Source: a bacterium (GTDB taxonomy: Bacteria > Bacteroidota > Bacteroidia > Bacteroidales > FEN-979). Taken from it: 55,953 nt of DNA. A program made the position numbers and the translations under genes. Positions within the stretch are counted from its first letter, which is position 1; each line of letters opens with the position of its first letter. The DNA lies in the NCBI GenBank assembly GCA_043806735.1, contig JAZDGR010000120.1, positions 1 to 55,953 on the forward strand, given 5' to 3'. Shown here piece after piece: positions 20,388 through 30,000 of this stretch. The notes beneath the pieces are model-generated. The model was not told where the DNA came from, made no database searches, and was given only the letters and a program-made list of their open reading frames with translations.

Positions 20388-20402
20388 CGATTATTTAACT
20401 TT

Positions 20403-20807
20403 ATGACGACAGTATCAAGTAAGTACCTGGGTTCGCTTCGTACCGAAGCAACCCATCTTCAATCAGGGACTACCCTGACCACCGATGCGCCAGCAGATAA
20501 CCAGGGGAAGGGAGAATACTTCTCCCCTACCGATCTGGTCGCCACAGCCCTTGGGAGCTGCATGGTGACGATCATGGGTATCTCGGCCCGGAATTATGGA
20601 TTCGATTTGTCGGGAGTTACGTGGAAAACTACCAAGATGATGACGGATAGCCCGCGACGGATCGGGGAGATCATCGTGGAGCTGGATTTTCACGGAACTC
20701 CGTATACCGATCAGCAAAAACGAGTAATTGAGCACATCACCCGGACATGCCCGGTTGCTCTGAGCCTGCATCCTGAGGTAAAGCAAACGGTGAAGATTAC
20801 CTGGTGA
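20403..20807 (+). CDS. OsmC family protein
   Basis: TDAP.DNQGKGE.FSPTDL...LGSC...CPVA.SL. Confidence 0.92.
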   Translation: MTTVSSKYLGSLRTEATHLQSGTTLTTDAPADNQGKGEYFSPTDLVATALGSCMVTIMGISARNYGFDLSGVTWKTTKMMTDSPRRIGEIIVELDFHGTPYTDQQKRVIEHITRTCPVALSLHPEVKQTVKITW

Positions 20808-21671
20808 TTAACCCAAATAAGCTTTCAGAAGCTTGCTCCGGGAAGAGTGTTTCAGGCGGCGGATGGCTTTTTCCTTGATCTGACGCACGCGTTCACGGGT
20901 CAGGTCAAACATGGCGCCGATCTCTTCGAGCGTATAGCTGTGCGGATAGCCAATGCCATAAAACATGTTGATGATCTCGCGTTCTTTCTCCGTAAGGGTG
21001 GAGAGGGAACGCTGGATTTCAGCCGCAAGGGATTCCCGGAGCAGAATGTCATCGGTACCGGGAGAGTCGGCCGGAACAAACACATCCAGAAACTTCATCT
21101 CTTCATCCTGATCGAGCGGGGCATCCACGGAAAGGGTGCGTGTTGACATCTTCAGAGCTTCTTCCACCTTATGCTTCGGCAAATCCATCTCCCGGGCGAT
21201 CTCATCCGCCGAAGGAGTACGTTCGTATCTTTGCTCGAGTCGTGAAGAGGCTTTGTTCACTTTACTCAAAGATCCGATCTGGTTAAGCGGCAACCGGATT
21301 ATCCTCGCCTGTTCGGCAAGGGCTTGCAAGATCGACTGCCGGATCCACCATACGGCATAAGATATAAACTTAAACCCACGGGTTTCATCAAACCGTTTTG
21401 CGGCTTTAATCAAACCAAGGTTCCCTTCGTTAATCAGGTCGGGAAGGTTCAATCCCTGGTTCTGGTATTGCTTGGCTACCGAGACAACAAACCGAAGATT
21501 GGCTTTGCAAAGCTTCTCCAACGCCTCATGGTCCCCCTGTCTGATCCGCTGGGCCAGGTTAACCTCCTCCTCAGCCGAGATCAACTCCTCTTTCCCGATA
21601 TCCTGCAAATATTTATCCAGGGATGCGGTTTCGCGGTTGGTGATCGATTTCGATATTTTTAATTGTCTCAT
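20808..21671 (-). CDS. rpoD: RNA polymerase sigma factor, RpoD/SigA family (Bacteroidota type)
   Basis: [51 protein letters not shown]. Confidence 0.95.
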   Translation of the reverse strand: MRQLKISKSITNRETASLDKYLQDIGKEELISAEEEVNLAQRIRQGDHEALEKLCKANLRFVVSVAKQYQNQGLNLPDLINEGNLGLIKAAKRFDETRGFKFISYAVWWIRQSILQALAEQARIIRLPLNQIGSLSKVNKASSRLEQRYERTPSADEIAREMDLPKHKVEEALKMSTRTLSVDAPLDQDEEMKFLDVFVPADSPGTDDILLRESLAAEIQRSLSTLTEKEREIINMFYGIGYPHSYTLEEIGAMFDLTRERVRQIKEKAIRRLKHSSRSKLLKAYLG

Positions 21672-21933
21672 TTTTCACCCCACAAGTTACATGTTTATAA
21701 CGCAATTTGCAAGAGTTTATTTAAACTTTTTCTAAATTTTTATAAACCGATGCCATAATAGGCTTTTAATCCATTCGGATACAATCCTTGTTAACCGGGA
21801 TGGCAAAGGAATACCCCTGGCAATACCCAGTTCCGCTGGCAATGGCTATTAACAATTTTCTGAACTCCGACATATAACTTTTCCCCTTTCAACCCGATTA
21901 ATGGTTGAATCTACTCCTAAAAATTTATCAGCC

Positions 21934-23103
21934 ATGAATAAATTGACACTCTTTCTGTTTATTTCGTTGCATGCGTTCATGTCGGCGCATGCAATGGAAC
22001 ACGACCGGACCCTCTTTACCGAAAAGTATGCCAGAGCCGACAGCAGCCGGAGGCCGGGTCAAAATGTCAGGGTCATCTTCTGGAATGTTGAAAATCTTTA
22101 CGATTCTCATGATGACACGCTGACGCTCGACGAAGAGTTCAGTCCGGAAGGGTCCAAACGGTGGAGTTACACCCGGTACCGGACCAAACTGGATCACCTG
22201 GCTAAAGTCATTCTGGCAGCCGGAGGCTGGGATCCGCCGGGCATCGTCGGACTATGTGAGATTGAAAACCGGTATGTGCTGAACAAGCTGGTATACGACT
22301 CCCCGCTCAAACCCTTGGGCTACCGGATTATCCATCGCGATTCGCCTGATCTGCGCGGAGTGGACGTTGCCTTGCTTTACCGGAAAGAGACATTTATTCC
22401 TCTTCACCAGGAATGGATCCGGATCCGTTTTCCATTCGATACCGCAGTCCGAACCCGGGAGATTTTATATGTAAAAGGAATCCTTCTGAACGCCGACACC
22501 CTTCACCTTTTCGTAAACCACTGGCCTTCGAGAATGGGCGGGGAAATGCAATCTGCCCCGCGAAGAAACTATGTGGCACAAGTGTTACGGGAAAAAGTTG
22601 ACTCAATCATGCTGAATTACGAATTACGAATTAAGAATTACGAATTAACTGACACCAGGTACCAGTCACCAGTCACCAGTCACCAGTCACCAGTCACTCA
22701 TCAATATCCCTCCATTCTGATCATGGGCGACTTCAACGATGAGCCGGAAAACGAAAGCCTTCGCACCATCTTACAAGCGAAACTGGATACAATGAAGATC
22801 CACCCCTCCGGACTGGTCAACCTGATGGGAACTATACAAGGCATGGAGGGCAGTCATAAGTACCGTGAACACTGGGGGATGCTGGATCAGTTTATTGTTT
22901 CTGGTTCCCTGTTACAGCAGGACAACAGTCTCCATGTCAATCCTGCCGGCACCACTATTTTCCGCCCTGCCTTCCTGCTGGAAGATGACCTGAAGTACCT
23001 CGACAAAAAACCCAAACGAACCTACCTCGGTCCGAAGTATCAGGGTGGGTTTTCGGATCATTTGCCGATATACGTGGACATTAAGGTGAATGGTAAACAA
23101 TAG
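21934..23103 (+). CDS. Endonuclease/exonuclease/phosphatase family protein with a repeat-derived insert
   Basis: WNVENLYD, GLCEIEN, NHWPSR, MGDFND, LDQFIVS, GGFSDHLP. Confidence 0.9.
   Translation: MNKLTLFLFISLHAFMSAHAMEHDRTLFTEKYARADSSRRPGQNVRVIFWNVENLYDSHDDTLTLDEEFSPEGSKRWSYTRYRTKLDHLAKVILAAGGWDPPGIVGLCEIENRYVLNKLVYDSPLKPLGYRIIHRDSPDLRGVDVALLYRKETFIPLHQEWIRIRFPFDTAVRTREILYVKGILLNADTLHLFVNHWPSRMGGEMQSAPRRNYVAQVLREKVDSIMLNYELRIKNYELTDTRYQSPVTSHQSPVTHQYPSILIMGDFNDEPENESLRTILQAKLDTMKIHPSGLVNLMGTIQGMEGSHKYREHWGMLDQFIVSGSLLQQDNSLHVNPAGTTIFRPAFLLEDDLKYLDKKPKRTYLGPKYQGGFSDHLPIYVDIKVNGKQ
22614..22701. repeat. In-frame heptamer arrays GAATTAM x5 and CACCAGT x~7 inside a CDS
   Basis: Read directly. 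Translated as NYELRIKNYEL...QSPVTSHQSPVTH. Confidence 0.9.
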
Positions 23104-23108
23104 TCATT

Positions 23109-23186
23109 GGTCATTAAGGTCATTAGGGTCATTAAGGTCATTAGGGTCATTAAGGTCATTAGGGTCATTAAGGTCATTAAGGGAAA
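23109..23186 (+). repeat. Nonamer tandem array GGTCATTAR x8 plus GGGAAA (left arm)
   Basis: Eight units at 23109-23180. Confidence 0.95.
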
Positions 23187-23199
23187 AGGAGGGATCAAT

Positions 23200-23568
23200 A
23201 TGCAATTGGAAGATTTAAAGGTTTATCAGTTATCGATGGAGATCGCGGAATGTATTTGGAAAATTGTTATTCAATGGAAGTATTTCGAAAAAGATACTAT
23301 TGGAAAACAACTTGTCAGATCAGTTGACTCCATAGGTGCCAACCTGAGCGAAGGATATGGAAGGTTTCATTATAAAGAAGCAAAGAACTTCTATTACTAT
23401 TCCCGAGGGAGTGTATATGAGACAAAAACATGGCTTAAAAAAGCAGTAAACAGAAACCTTATTGATCCTGAAGAATATCAGAGATTGGCTGTCAGGTTAG
23501 AGATCCTGGGAGCAATATTAAATAACTATATTAAATCGGTTGGCTCAAAACAAGAGAGTATTAATTAA
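23200..23568 (+). CDS. Four-helix-bundle protein (23S rRNA IVP / Avd-like family)
   Basis: LEDLKVYQ, QLVRSVDSIGANLSEGYGR, FYYYSRGSVYET. The true start is ATG 23200; the upstream extension is repeat-derived. Confidence 0.92.
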   Translation: MQLEDLKVYQLSMEIAECIWKIVIQWKYFEKDTIGKQLVRSVDSIGANLSEGYGRFHYKEAKNFYYYSRGSVYETKTWLKKAVNRNLIDPEEYQRLAVRLEILGAILNNYIKSVGSKQESIN

Positions 23569-23589
23569 AAAATGTGGTGATTAAACATC

Positions 23590-23640
23590 TTTCCCTTAAT
23601 GACCTTAATGACCCTAATGACCTTAATGACCCTAATGACC
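23590..23640 (-). repeat. Inverted copy of the nonamer array (right arm)
   Basis: TTTCCC plus YTAATGACC x5, the exact reverse complement of 23136-23186. Confidence 0.95.
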
Positions 23641-23645
23641 TGCTA

Positions 23646-24809
23646 TTACGCGCCCCACCTTCCCGCTATCCCGGTCCCACAAAACCTGCATTTCGAATCG
23701 CGGATGTTGTTTACAAGGATGGTAAAGCCTTTGCGTTCGAGGAGGGTCTTTTTGCACTTCGGGCAATAGGTGTTTTCGGCGAGGGTTCCGGGGACGTTGC
23801 CGATGTATACGTATTTCAAGCCCGCATGGGTAGCAATGCCGTGAGCCTCCTCCAGAACAGAGAGGGGAGTGTATGGCAAGGTGGTGAGCTTGTACAGCGG
23901 TAAGAACCGGCTGAAATGGAGGGGATTGTCTTCAAAACCGTTATCCACCAGCCAGGTGCACATCTGTTTGATCATGTCAAGTTTATCGGTCCAGTTCGGC
24001 ACGATCAGGTTGGTGATCTCCACCCATACCCCCATCTCTTTAAGGACCTTCAGGGTTGTGAGGATCGGTTCAAGGGTTCCTCCGTTCAGCTTCAGGTAGA
24101 TCTCTTCGCTGAAAGATTTGAGGTTGATGTTGGCTCCGTCGAGGTAGATGGCCAGGTCGCGCAAGGGTTTTTCGTTGATGAAACCGTTGGAAATGAAGAC
24201 ATTTTTAATCCCTTTTGAACGGGCGATCTTAGCCGTATCAAAGGTATATTCGTAAAAGGCGATCGGTTCGGAGTAGGTATAGGCAATCGAGTCGCATCCG
24301 TTGGCCATGGCTTCTATGACGACCTGTTCGGGGAAAAGGTCATAGTTTTGCGTTTGGGTCGGACTCACCTGCGAAATTTCCCAGTTCTGGCAGTTGAGGC
24401 AGGCCAGGTTGCATCCGGCGGTGGCGATGGAGAAACTTTTCGAAGCCGGGTAAAAGTGGAAGAGTGGCTTTTTTTCAATCGGGTCGATATGGACAGAGCA
24501 GGGATTGCCGTAAGCCAGGGTATAAAGCTTTTCCCCTTTGGCTACCTTGGTGCGGCAGAGGCTCTCTTTCCCTTCGGTGAGGATGCACTGGTTGGGACAG
24601 ATCTGGCATTTCACTCCTTTGGGTGTAACCACATAATAGGGCGACTCTTTGCTGTATTTTCCCAGGAGAGTACCGGGAGAATCGGATGGATGATCCATAC
24701 TGAACAACGTTTTGGCAACGGAACGGGAAGAATGCAAACCCACCACCGATCCCCCGATCCCAATCAGGGAATACTTTAAAAAATCCCGTTTGGTGAGCTT
24801 TTTTTTCAT
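23646..24809 (-). CDS. amrS: AmmeMemoRadiSam system radical SAM enzyme with Tat-like signal
   Basis: CQICPNQC, DPIEKKPLFHF, GCNLACLNCQNWEISQ, YTYSEP, YVYIGNV, CPKC...CRFC. N-terminus LTKRDFLK plus a hydrophobic stretch. Confidence 0.92.
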   Translation of the reverse strand: MKKKLTKRDFLKYSLIGIGGSVVGLHSSRSVAKTLFSMDHPSDSPGTLLGKYSKESPYYVVTPKGVKCQICPNQCILTEGKESLCRTKVAKGEKLYTLAYGNPCSVHIDPIEKKPLFHFYPASKSFSIATAGCNLACLNCQNWEISQVSPTQTQNYDLFPEQVVIEAMANGCDSIAYTYSEPIAFYEYTFDTAKIARSKGIKNVFISNGFINEKPLRDLAIYLDGANINLKSFSEEIYLKLNGGTLEPILTTLKVLKEMGVWVEITNLIVPNWTDKLDMIKQMCTWLVDNGFEDNPLHFSRFLPLYKLTTLPYTPLSVLEEAHGIATHAGLKYVYIGNVPGTLAENTYCPKCKKTLLERKGFTILVNNIRDSKCRFCGTGIAGRWGA

Positions 24810-24872
24810 GGAAGAAATAACGTGCGAAGATACGAAAAAAAGTTGGCAGTGGGCGATTTTCAGTTGGCGGTT

Positions 24873-26705
24873 TCAGATGTTTTTTAGCCAATAGTTCAGC
24901 GTAGCCAGGCGCCAAACCAGTGCGCTGTTATTCCCTTTTGATTTGTAGCTGGAAATGACTTCATTAACCACTTTTGAATTGATGAAATCGAGTTGGTTGA
25001 GATTTATATCCAACAGGCATTTCAACGGACCACTCAGCCATTTATCTTCTCCGGGAGTGACAAATCCCTTCTTATCATGCCTGTGATAGATGGCGCTGGG
25101 AAGAGAGCTATTCATCGCCTCACGAAGGATGTACTTGGTAATTCCGTGATTGATCTTATCGTATTTGTCAAGAGTGAAAGTAAATTCAACCAGTCTGTGA
25201 TCCAGAAAGGGAACCCTGGATTCAATAGAGAAAGCCATCGAATTCCGGTCCTCATAATGCAGGAGTGTTGGCAGGCTGGTCGTAAAGATCAGGCCGTGCA
25301 GGAACTCGTCAAACCGTGTTGCAGAGAAGTGAGGGAGAATTTCAAATGGTGGTTTAATGTGCGGGTTCTTTGTGATCTGTTTATGTTTGTGTTTAAATGC
25401 AAGGAGGTACATCTCCTGTTCATCCTTTATGCTGGCAAGGATACTCTTGAACAATTGGTAACCCAGGGCGCTTAGAGGCTGTTTGTGAAGTGTTTGGTGG
25501 CATAATAACGTATGAAAAGCACCACTCCAGTCGAAATCATGGATCATCTCCCCTATTAGTCTGTCGAAGGAATGCATATATCCGGCCAGAAACTCATCAG
25601 CACCCTGTCCATCGAGAAGTACTTTCACACCTTCATGTGAAGCCATTTTCATCAACAGATACTGGGAAACTGGTGATGAGCTTGCAATGGGGACATCTGC
25701 AAAAAATTGGGTTTCTTCAAAGGCATCAAGGATTTCGCATTCTTTAGGCGAGTAATAATGGGGATGAATATTTGGGTATTTTTCAACCACTTTGTAAACC
25801 CAGGGGCGCTCATCTACATCATTATCCCCATTATAATAAATTGTGAAAGTATCGATAGGTTGTTCCGGGAACATAGAACTTATCGCGGAGACCACAGATG
25901 AACTATCTATCCCGCCACTTAGGCAGGCACCTATTTTCACATCACTGCGCATATGGATGCGTACAGATTCGAAAAAGAGTCGCCGGAATTCCAAACGTTT
26001 CTCTTCGAAGGGGATGTCGCATTTTTTACGCAAATCCAGTTCCCAATACTTATCAATTCTAAGGTTTCTTCCATCATACATCAGGTTAGAAGATGCTGGT
26101 AGTCTATTGATTCTGTTGAAGTAAGTTTCGTTATCATAGAACAACCACCCTAGCTGAAGTCCGCGGATAACTTGCTTCTCATTAATATCATTGGTGAAAA
26201 GGGGTGTACTTTTTAATGCTTTGTATTCCGATGCGAAGTAAAATTTGTGATCGTGCATAATGTAATAAAAGGGTTTGATACCGAACCTGTCGCAACTGCA
26301 GAACAGGCTCTTTTTTCGCTGATCCCAGATTGCAAATGCCCACATTCCGACAAAGTGATCGACGCAACGCTCACCCCACTCATGATAAGAAGCAATGACC
26401 ACTTCGGTATCTGAGTTGGTTGAGAACCGATACCCTTTTCGCAGTAATATTTCTCTGATCTCGATGTAGTTGTAAATCTCCCCATTGAGTACGATTACGG
26501 CATTCATGTACTCCAAAGGCTGGTCGGCTTCTCTTGATAGATCAATGATTGCCAGTCTGTTATGACCAAGGATCACGGGAAGGTCGGTGAAAATACCTGA
26601 ATTGTCTTGTCCACGGTGCCGAATACTTTCCAGCATTCGGGAAACAATTGTTCCTGCCTGAGAAACAGAAATTGTGGGATCATAAAAGCCGGAAATACCA
26701 CACAT
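24873..26705 (-). CDS. asnB: Asparagine synthase (glutamine-hydrolysing) family amidotransferase
   Basis: MCGISG (Cys1), HNRLAIID, NGEIYN, LSGGIDSS, DGQGADE, DRNSMAFSIESRVPFLD. Confidence 0.93.
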   Translation of the reverse strand: MCGISGFYDPTISVSQAGTIVSRMLESIRHRGQDNSGIFTDLPVILGHNRLAIIDLSREADQPLEYMNAVIVLNGEIYNYIEIREILLRKGYRFSTNSDTEVVIASYHEWGERCVDHFVGMWAFAIWDQRKKSLFCSCDRFGIKPFYYIMHDHKFYFASEYKALKSTPLFTNDINEKQVIRGLQLGWLFYDNETYFNRINRLPASSNLMYDGRNLRIDKYWELDLRKKCDIPFEEKRLEFRRLFFESVRIHMRSDVKIGACLSGGIDSSSVVSAISSMFPEQPIDTFTIYYNGDNDVDERPWVYKVVEKYPNIHPHYYSPKECEILDAFEETQFFADVPIASSSPVSQYLLMKMASHEGVKVLLDGQGADEFLAGYMHSFDRLIGEMIHDFDWSGAFHTLLCHQTLHKQPLSALGYQLFKSILASIKDEQEMYLLAFKHKHKQITKNPHIKPPFEILPHFSATRFDEFLHGLIFTTSLPTLLHYEDRNSMAFSIESRVPFLDHRLVEFTFTLDKYDKINHGITKYILREAMNSSLPSAIYHRHDKKGFVTPGEDKWLSGPLKCLLDINLNQLDFINSKVVNEVISSYKSKGNNSALVWRLATLNYWLKNI

Positions 26706-26722
26706 CTGATGGTCTTTTCCGG

Positions 26723-26780
26723 CAAAACTAACTTCGCAATATTAAAATCTTTTTAACAGGAAATTAAAAACCAATTAGAT
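26723..26780 (-). promoter_or_regulatory. Four 11-bp-spaced direct repeats plus -7 element upstream of asnB
   Basis: Minus strand atctaatt-ggt-ttttaatt-tcc-tgttaaaa-aga-ttttaata, then TAGTTTTG. Confidence 0.5.
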
Positions 26781-28163
26781 ATTCAGCTTTTGAATCAGCG
26801 GAAGTTTGATAAATACGGTTGTTCCCATTCCATATTGGCTATGGATCTCCAAATTTCCATTGTGGAGTTCGATAATCCTGCGGGTAAGGGGAAGACCAAT
26901 ACCGAATCCCTTGATGGCCATAGCTTTTTCGGATCGGAAAAAGGGCTCGAATATATGTTCCATATCACTCAACGAGATTCCCTGGCCATTATCCTGGATT
27001 TTTACAATGATCGAATTGTCGCTGGTAATCAGCCCAATCGTTACAAGACTTTTCTCAGTGGAGTATTTAATGGCGTTATCCAGGATATTCCCTATGGCGA
27101 TGGTAAGCAAATGCTCATTCCCCTCAATTGTCAGTTTCCTCTCCTCCATATCTGCTTCATCCAGTAAGAACCGGATCTTCTTATGTTCTGATTTCAGATT
27201 CATCCGTTCGAGAAGATCCAGTACCAGTTCATCAAGCCGGATTTGCTTTTGGGATTGAATATCATTGGTTCCTGTTGTTTGGGCAAAAAGAAGCAGCTGG
27301 TCTATCAAACGGGATAGGTTACGTGCATCCTCCAGCACGGAAGAGATCACCTCCCGGTATTCAGCAGGAGTACGGTTTCTCATCAGGGCCAGTTCCAATT
27401 CCCCGGTAAGAGTAGTGGTTGGAGTCCTCAATTCATGAGAAGCGTTGGCGACAAAACTTTTCTGTACCTGGAAGGCAGACTCAATACGACTGAGCAAATT
27501 ATTGATCGTCTTGGCAAGTTTTAGCAGATCTCCTTTGCCCTGGGGGAGTGGAACTCTCAAATGCAATCCGCTTCCGCTGATCTTTTCGGCAGTGTTGATA
27601 ATCTTAGCAATCGGTGCAAAGGTTTCTTTGGAGAAATAAAGTCCCAGGAGCACAATAAGTATTATGGAGGCAAGGTAAGCAGTGAAAAGGGTAATCTTTA
27701 AATTATTGAGCAACCGTCTTCCATTTTTATCAAAGGCAGAAACAATAATATCAGAGTATTGTTTACCAATCAACTTCGTGCATCCGACAAACTGCCGAAT
27801 TCCGATCTGCATCTCTACCTCCTGACCCTGATCAATCCGTTTCCGTATTTTGGAATAGTCAAATTGAACCGGATAATACTCATTGATATAAAAGAAGTCC
27901 TTGTCGCTCTTAAAGACGATAATCTCCTCTTCAGGAAGGGTCGTCCAGTATGTATTGCGCAAGGATGGCTGAATGCTATCCAGATCAACGCTACCCGATT
28001 CATTAAGGATCTTGGTTGCAATATTGATTCGTTCCCATAATCGGTCGTAAAATGCATTGTTTCGAATGCTAACTGTAACGTAATAGACATAAATAGAGAA
28101 AACAGCGAGGAGGATAGCAACAATTACCACAAACAGCAAAGTAATCCTGAACCGGAGGCTCAT
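26775..28163 (-). CDS. HAMP-domain sensor histidine kinase
   Basis: Two TMs, ASHELRTP H-box, NILDNAIKY, DNGQG, GFGIGL. Confidence 0.95.
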   Translation of the reverse strand: MSLRFRITLLFVVIVAILLAVFSIYVYYVTVSIRNNAFYDRLWERINIATKILNESGSVDLDSIQPSLRNTYWTTLPEEEIIVFKSDKDFFYINEYYPVQFDYSKIRKRIDQGQEVEMQIGIRQFVGCTKLIGKQYSDIIVSAFDKNGRRLLNNLKITLFTAYLASIILIVLLGLYFSKETFAPIAKIINTAEKISGSGLHLRVPLPQGKGDLLKLAKTINNLLSRIESAFQVQKSFVANASHELRTPTTTLTGELELALMRNRTPAEYREVISSVLEDARNLSRLIDQLLLFAQTTGTNDIQSQKQIRLDELVLDLLERMNLKSEHKKIRFLLDEADMEERKLTIEGNEHLLTIAIGNILDNAIKYSTEKSLVTIGLITSDNSIIVKIQDNGQGISLSDMEHIFEPFFRSEKAMAIKGFGIGLPLTRRIIELHNGNLEIHSQYGMGTTVFIKLPLIQKLNI

Positions 28164-28164
28164 T

Positions 28165-28842
28165 TCAATCGGGCGTTTTGATGATAAATCCCATTCCTAC
28201 TACTGTATGGATTAACTTCTGGTCAAAGTTTTTATCGATCTTTTTTCGCAGGAGGTTTATATATACATCAACCACGTTGGTTCCGTGGTCAAAGGAAAAA
28301 TCCCAAACCTTTTCCTCAATATCCACGCGTGAGACCACTCTGCCCCGATTCCTTAGCAAGTATTCAAGGAGTTTGAATTCCCTGGCAGTCAGGTTGATTT
28401 GTTTGCCATCCCGATGCACGGTTTTCGCCAATGTATTCATTTCAATGCCTTCGAATTTGAGCATCGTGGCATGCGTCGTTTCATCTTTGCGCCGTAACAA
28501 GGCTTTTACCCGTGCCAACAACTCTTTAAACTCAAAGGGTTTGATGAGGTAATCGTCAGCACCCGCTTCCAGTCCGGTCACTTTATCATCAGTGCTTCCC
28601 AAGGCGGTCAGCATCAGAATGGCCACTTTATAATCCCGTTGACGAATGTTTCTACAAAGCTCAATACCGCTTTGCTTTGGCAATAAAATATCAAGTATGA
28701 TCAGGTCATAATCTCCCGTGCGGGCTAGCAGATCACCTTCGAGACCGTCCTTTGCAATATCAACATAAAACAAATGTTCGGAAAGGCCTCTGCTAATGAA
28801 TGAGGCAACTTTCTGATCATCTTCAACAAGTAAAATCTTCAT
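28165..28842 (-). CDS. OmpR-family response regulator (CusR/ArlR-like)
   Basis: MKILLVEDD, LDILLP, GADDYLIKPF, TNVVDVYI, HTVVGMG. Confidence 0.95.
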   Translation of the reverse strand: MKILLVEDDQKVASFISRGLSEHLFYVDIAKDGLEGDLLARTGDYDLIILDILLPKQSGIELCRNIRQRDYKVAILMLTALGSTDDKVTGLEAGADDYLIKPFEFKELLARVKALLRRKDETTHATMLKFEGIEMNTLAKTVHRDGKQINLTAREFKLLEYLLRNRGRVVSRVDIEEKVWDFSFDHGTNVVDVYINLLRKKIDKNFDQKLIHTVVGMGFIIKTPD

Positions 28843-28895
28843 CTCAATTTGTTTTGCGCACACAAAGATATGCATCAGGAAGTTTCATTACGAGT

Positions 28896-28953
28896 TTCTA
28901 ATTCGTTTTTAATTTTATATTAAGTACTTCCTAATTTGGGGAGGATACTTTTG
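28896..28953 (+). promoter_or_regulatory. Four 11-bp-spaced direct repeats (TYTAATT-like) plus -7 element TACTTTTG
   Basis: ttctaatt (28896), ttttaatt (28907), tattaagt (28918), tcctaatt (28929); TACTTTTG at 28946-28953. Confidence 0.6.
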
Positions 28954-28991
28954 TCGAGTCATCAGTTAGAACAAACTTAAAAATCATAACA

Positions 28992-29867
28992 ATGAAAACG
29001 ACAATTGAAAAAACAAGAATGGTTGCAATTGGCGGAGGGATCCTTTTTGTGATCGCGCTAATCTGTTTGGTAACTCTCTATTCTCAAAACAAAAAACTGA
29101 ATAAATCAGTTCAATTGGAACAAAGCCAGAACACCACTTTGTTGACGCAAAAGCATGCGCTCCAGAATGAAATTGATCACTTGACCTCTGCGATTGCCGA
29201 TATGAATGGAAGAAATGTGGAGCTTGACAACTTATTAACAGAAATTAAAGTAAAACTGAATGGGGCTCAGGTTGAGTTAAACCGTTTAACTAAAGATAGA
29301 ATGGATATCAACGCAATGCAAAAGAAACTCCTGGAAGTTCAGGTATTGAAAGATGAACTGGAAGCACAGGTTATGGCATTGAACGAAAAGATGGAAAATC
29401 TGACCCATGAGAACCTTGCTTTGACAAACACGATCATTAATCTGGAAAACGAGAATCGTGAAATGGCAGTCAATCTGGAGGTGGCACAAGCAATCCTAAC
29501 TAATAATTTTCTTATCGAAGCTGTGAAGGGGAATAATGAGAAACCTACTATATCAGCAAAACGAGCCCGCGAAATTAAGGTTGACTTTGATATTCTGGCG
29601 ACAAATCAGTCGCAGATCCATTTTAAAATTATAAAACCCAATACTGACGTAATCGACTCAAAGACAGATAAAAACTTCACATTAAGAGGTTCCGCCCCAA
29701 CTATTGGATTGCTAGCAAATATCTCCCCCGCATCCAATATTCCCATCAAGGCGAATCGGATCAGTATGGTTTACAGGCCAACAATGAAACTTCGATCTGG
29801 AATCTATACCGTCGAAGTCTATAATAATGATATATATCTTGGCGCAAGCCAGATTAAACTTAGATAG
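28992..29867 (+). CDS. Membrane-anchored coiled-coil protein
   Basis: N-terminal TM, long heptad coil, C-terminal beta domain (GIYTVEVY...LG). Confidence 0.8.
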   Translation: MKTTIEKTRMVAIGGGILFVIALICLVTLYSQNKKLNKSVQLEQSQNTTLLTQKHALQNEIDHLTSAIADMNGRNVELDNLLTEIKVKLNGAQVELNRLTKDRMDINAMQKKLLEVQVLKDELEAQVMALNEKMENLTHENLALTNTIINLENENREMAVNLEVAQAILTNNFLIEAVKGNNEKPTISAKRAREIKVDFDILATNQSQIHFKIIKPNTDVIDSKTDKNFTLRGSAPTIGLLANISPASNIPIKANRISMVYRPTMKLRSGIYTVEVYNNDIYLGASQIKLR

Positions 29868-29892
29868 TGGTGAGTGGCTGAGTTTGTTTTGG

Positions 29893-29918
29893 ATCCCGGC
29901 TTCGGCCGGGATTTTTTT
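29893..29918 (+). terminator. Rho-independent terminator
   Basis: ATCCCGGC-TTCG-GCCGGGAT followed by a T tract. Confidence 0.9.
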
Positions 29919-30000
29919 ACGAGATATTAAGAGGCATTATTATCATAGTAAAATCTGATCTCTGTCGCTTTCTTGAAGGCGGATAATGCCTGAATGTATT

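Noticed and set aside
23109-23180. Possible CRISPR array
   Set aside because: These are contiguous 9-bp units with no unique spacers, and no cas genes are present.
23107-23199. N-terminal VIKVIR extension of the ORF, and ORF 23574-23903
   Set aside because: Both are translations of the tandem repeats or antisense to amrS.
23200-23568. Diversity-generating retroelement (Avd-like gene)
   Set aside because: No reverse transcriptase and no TR/VR pair were seen in the window.
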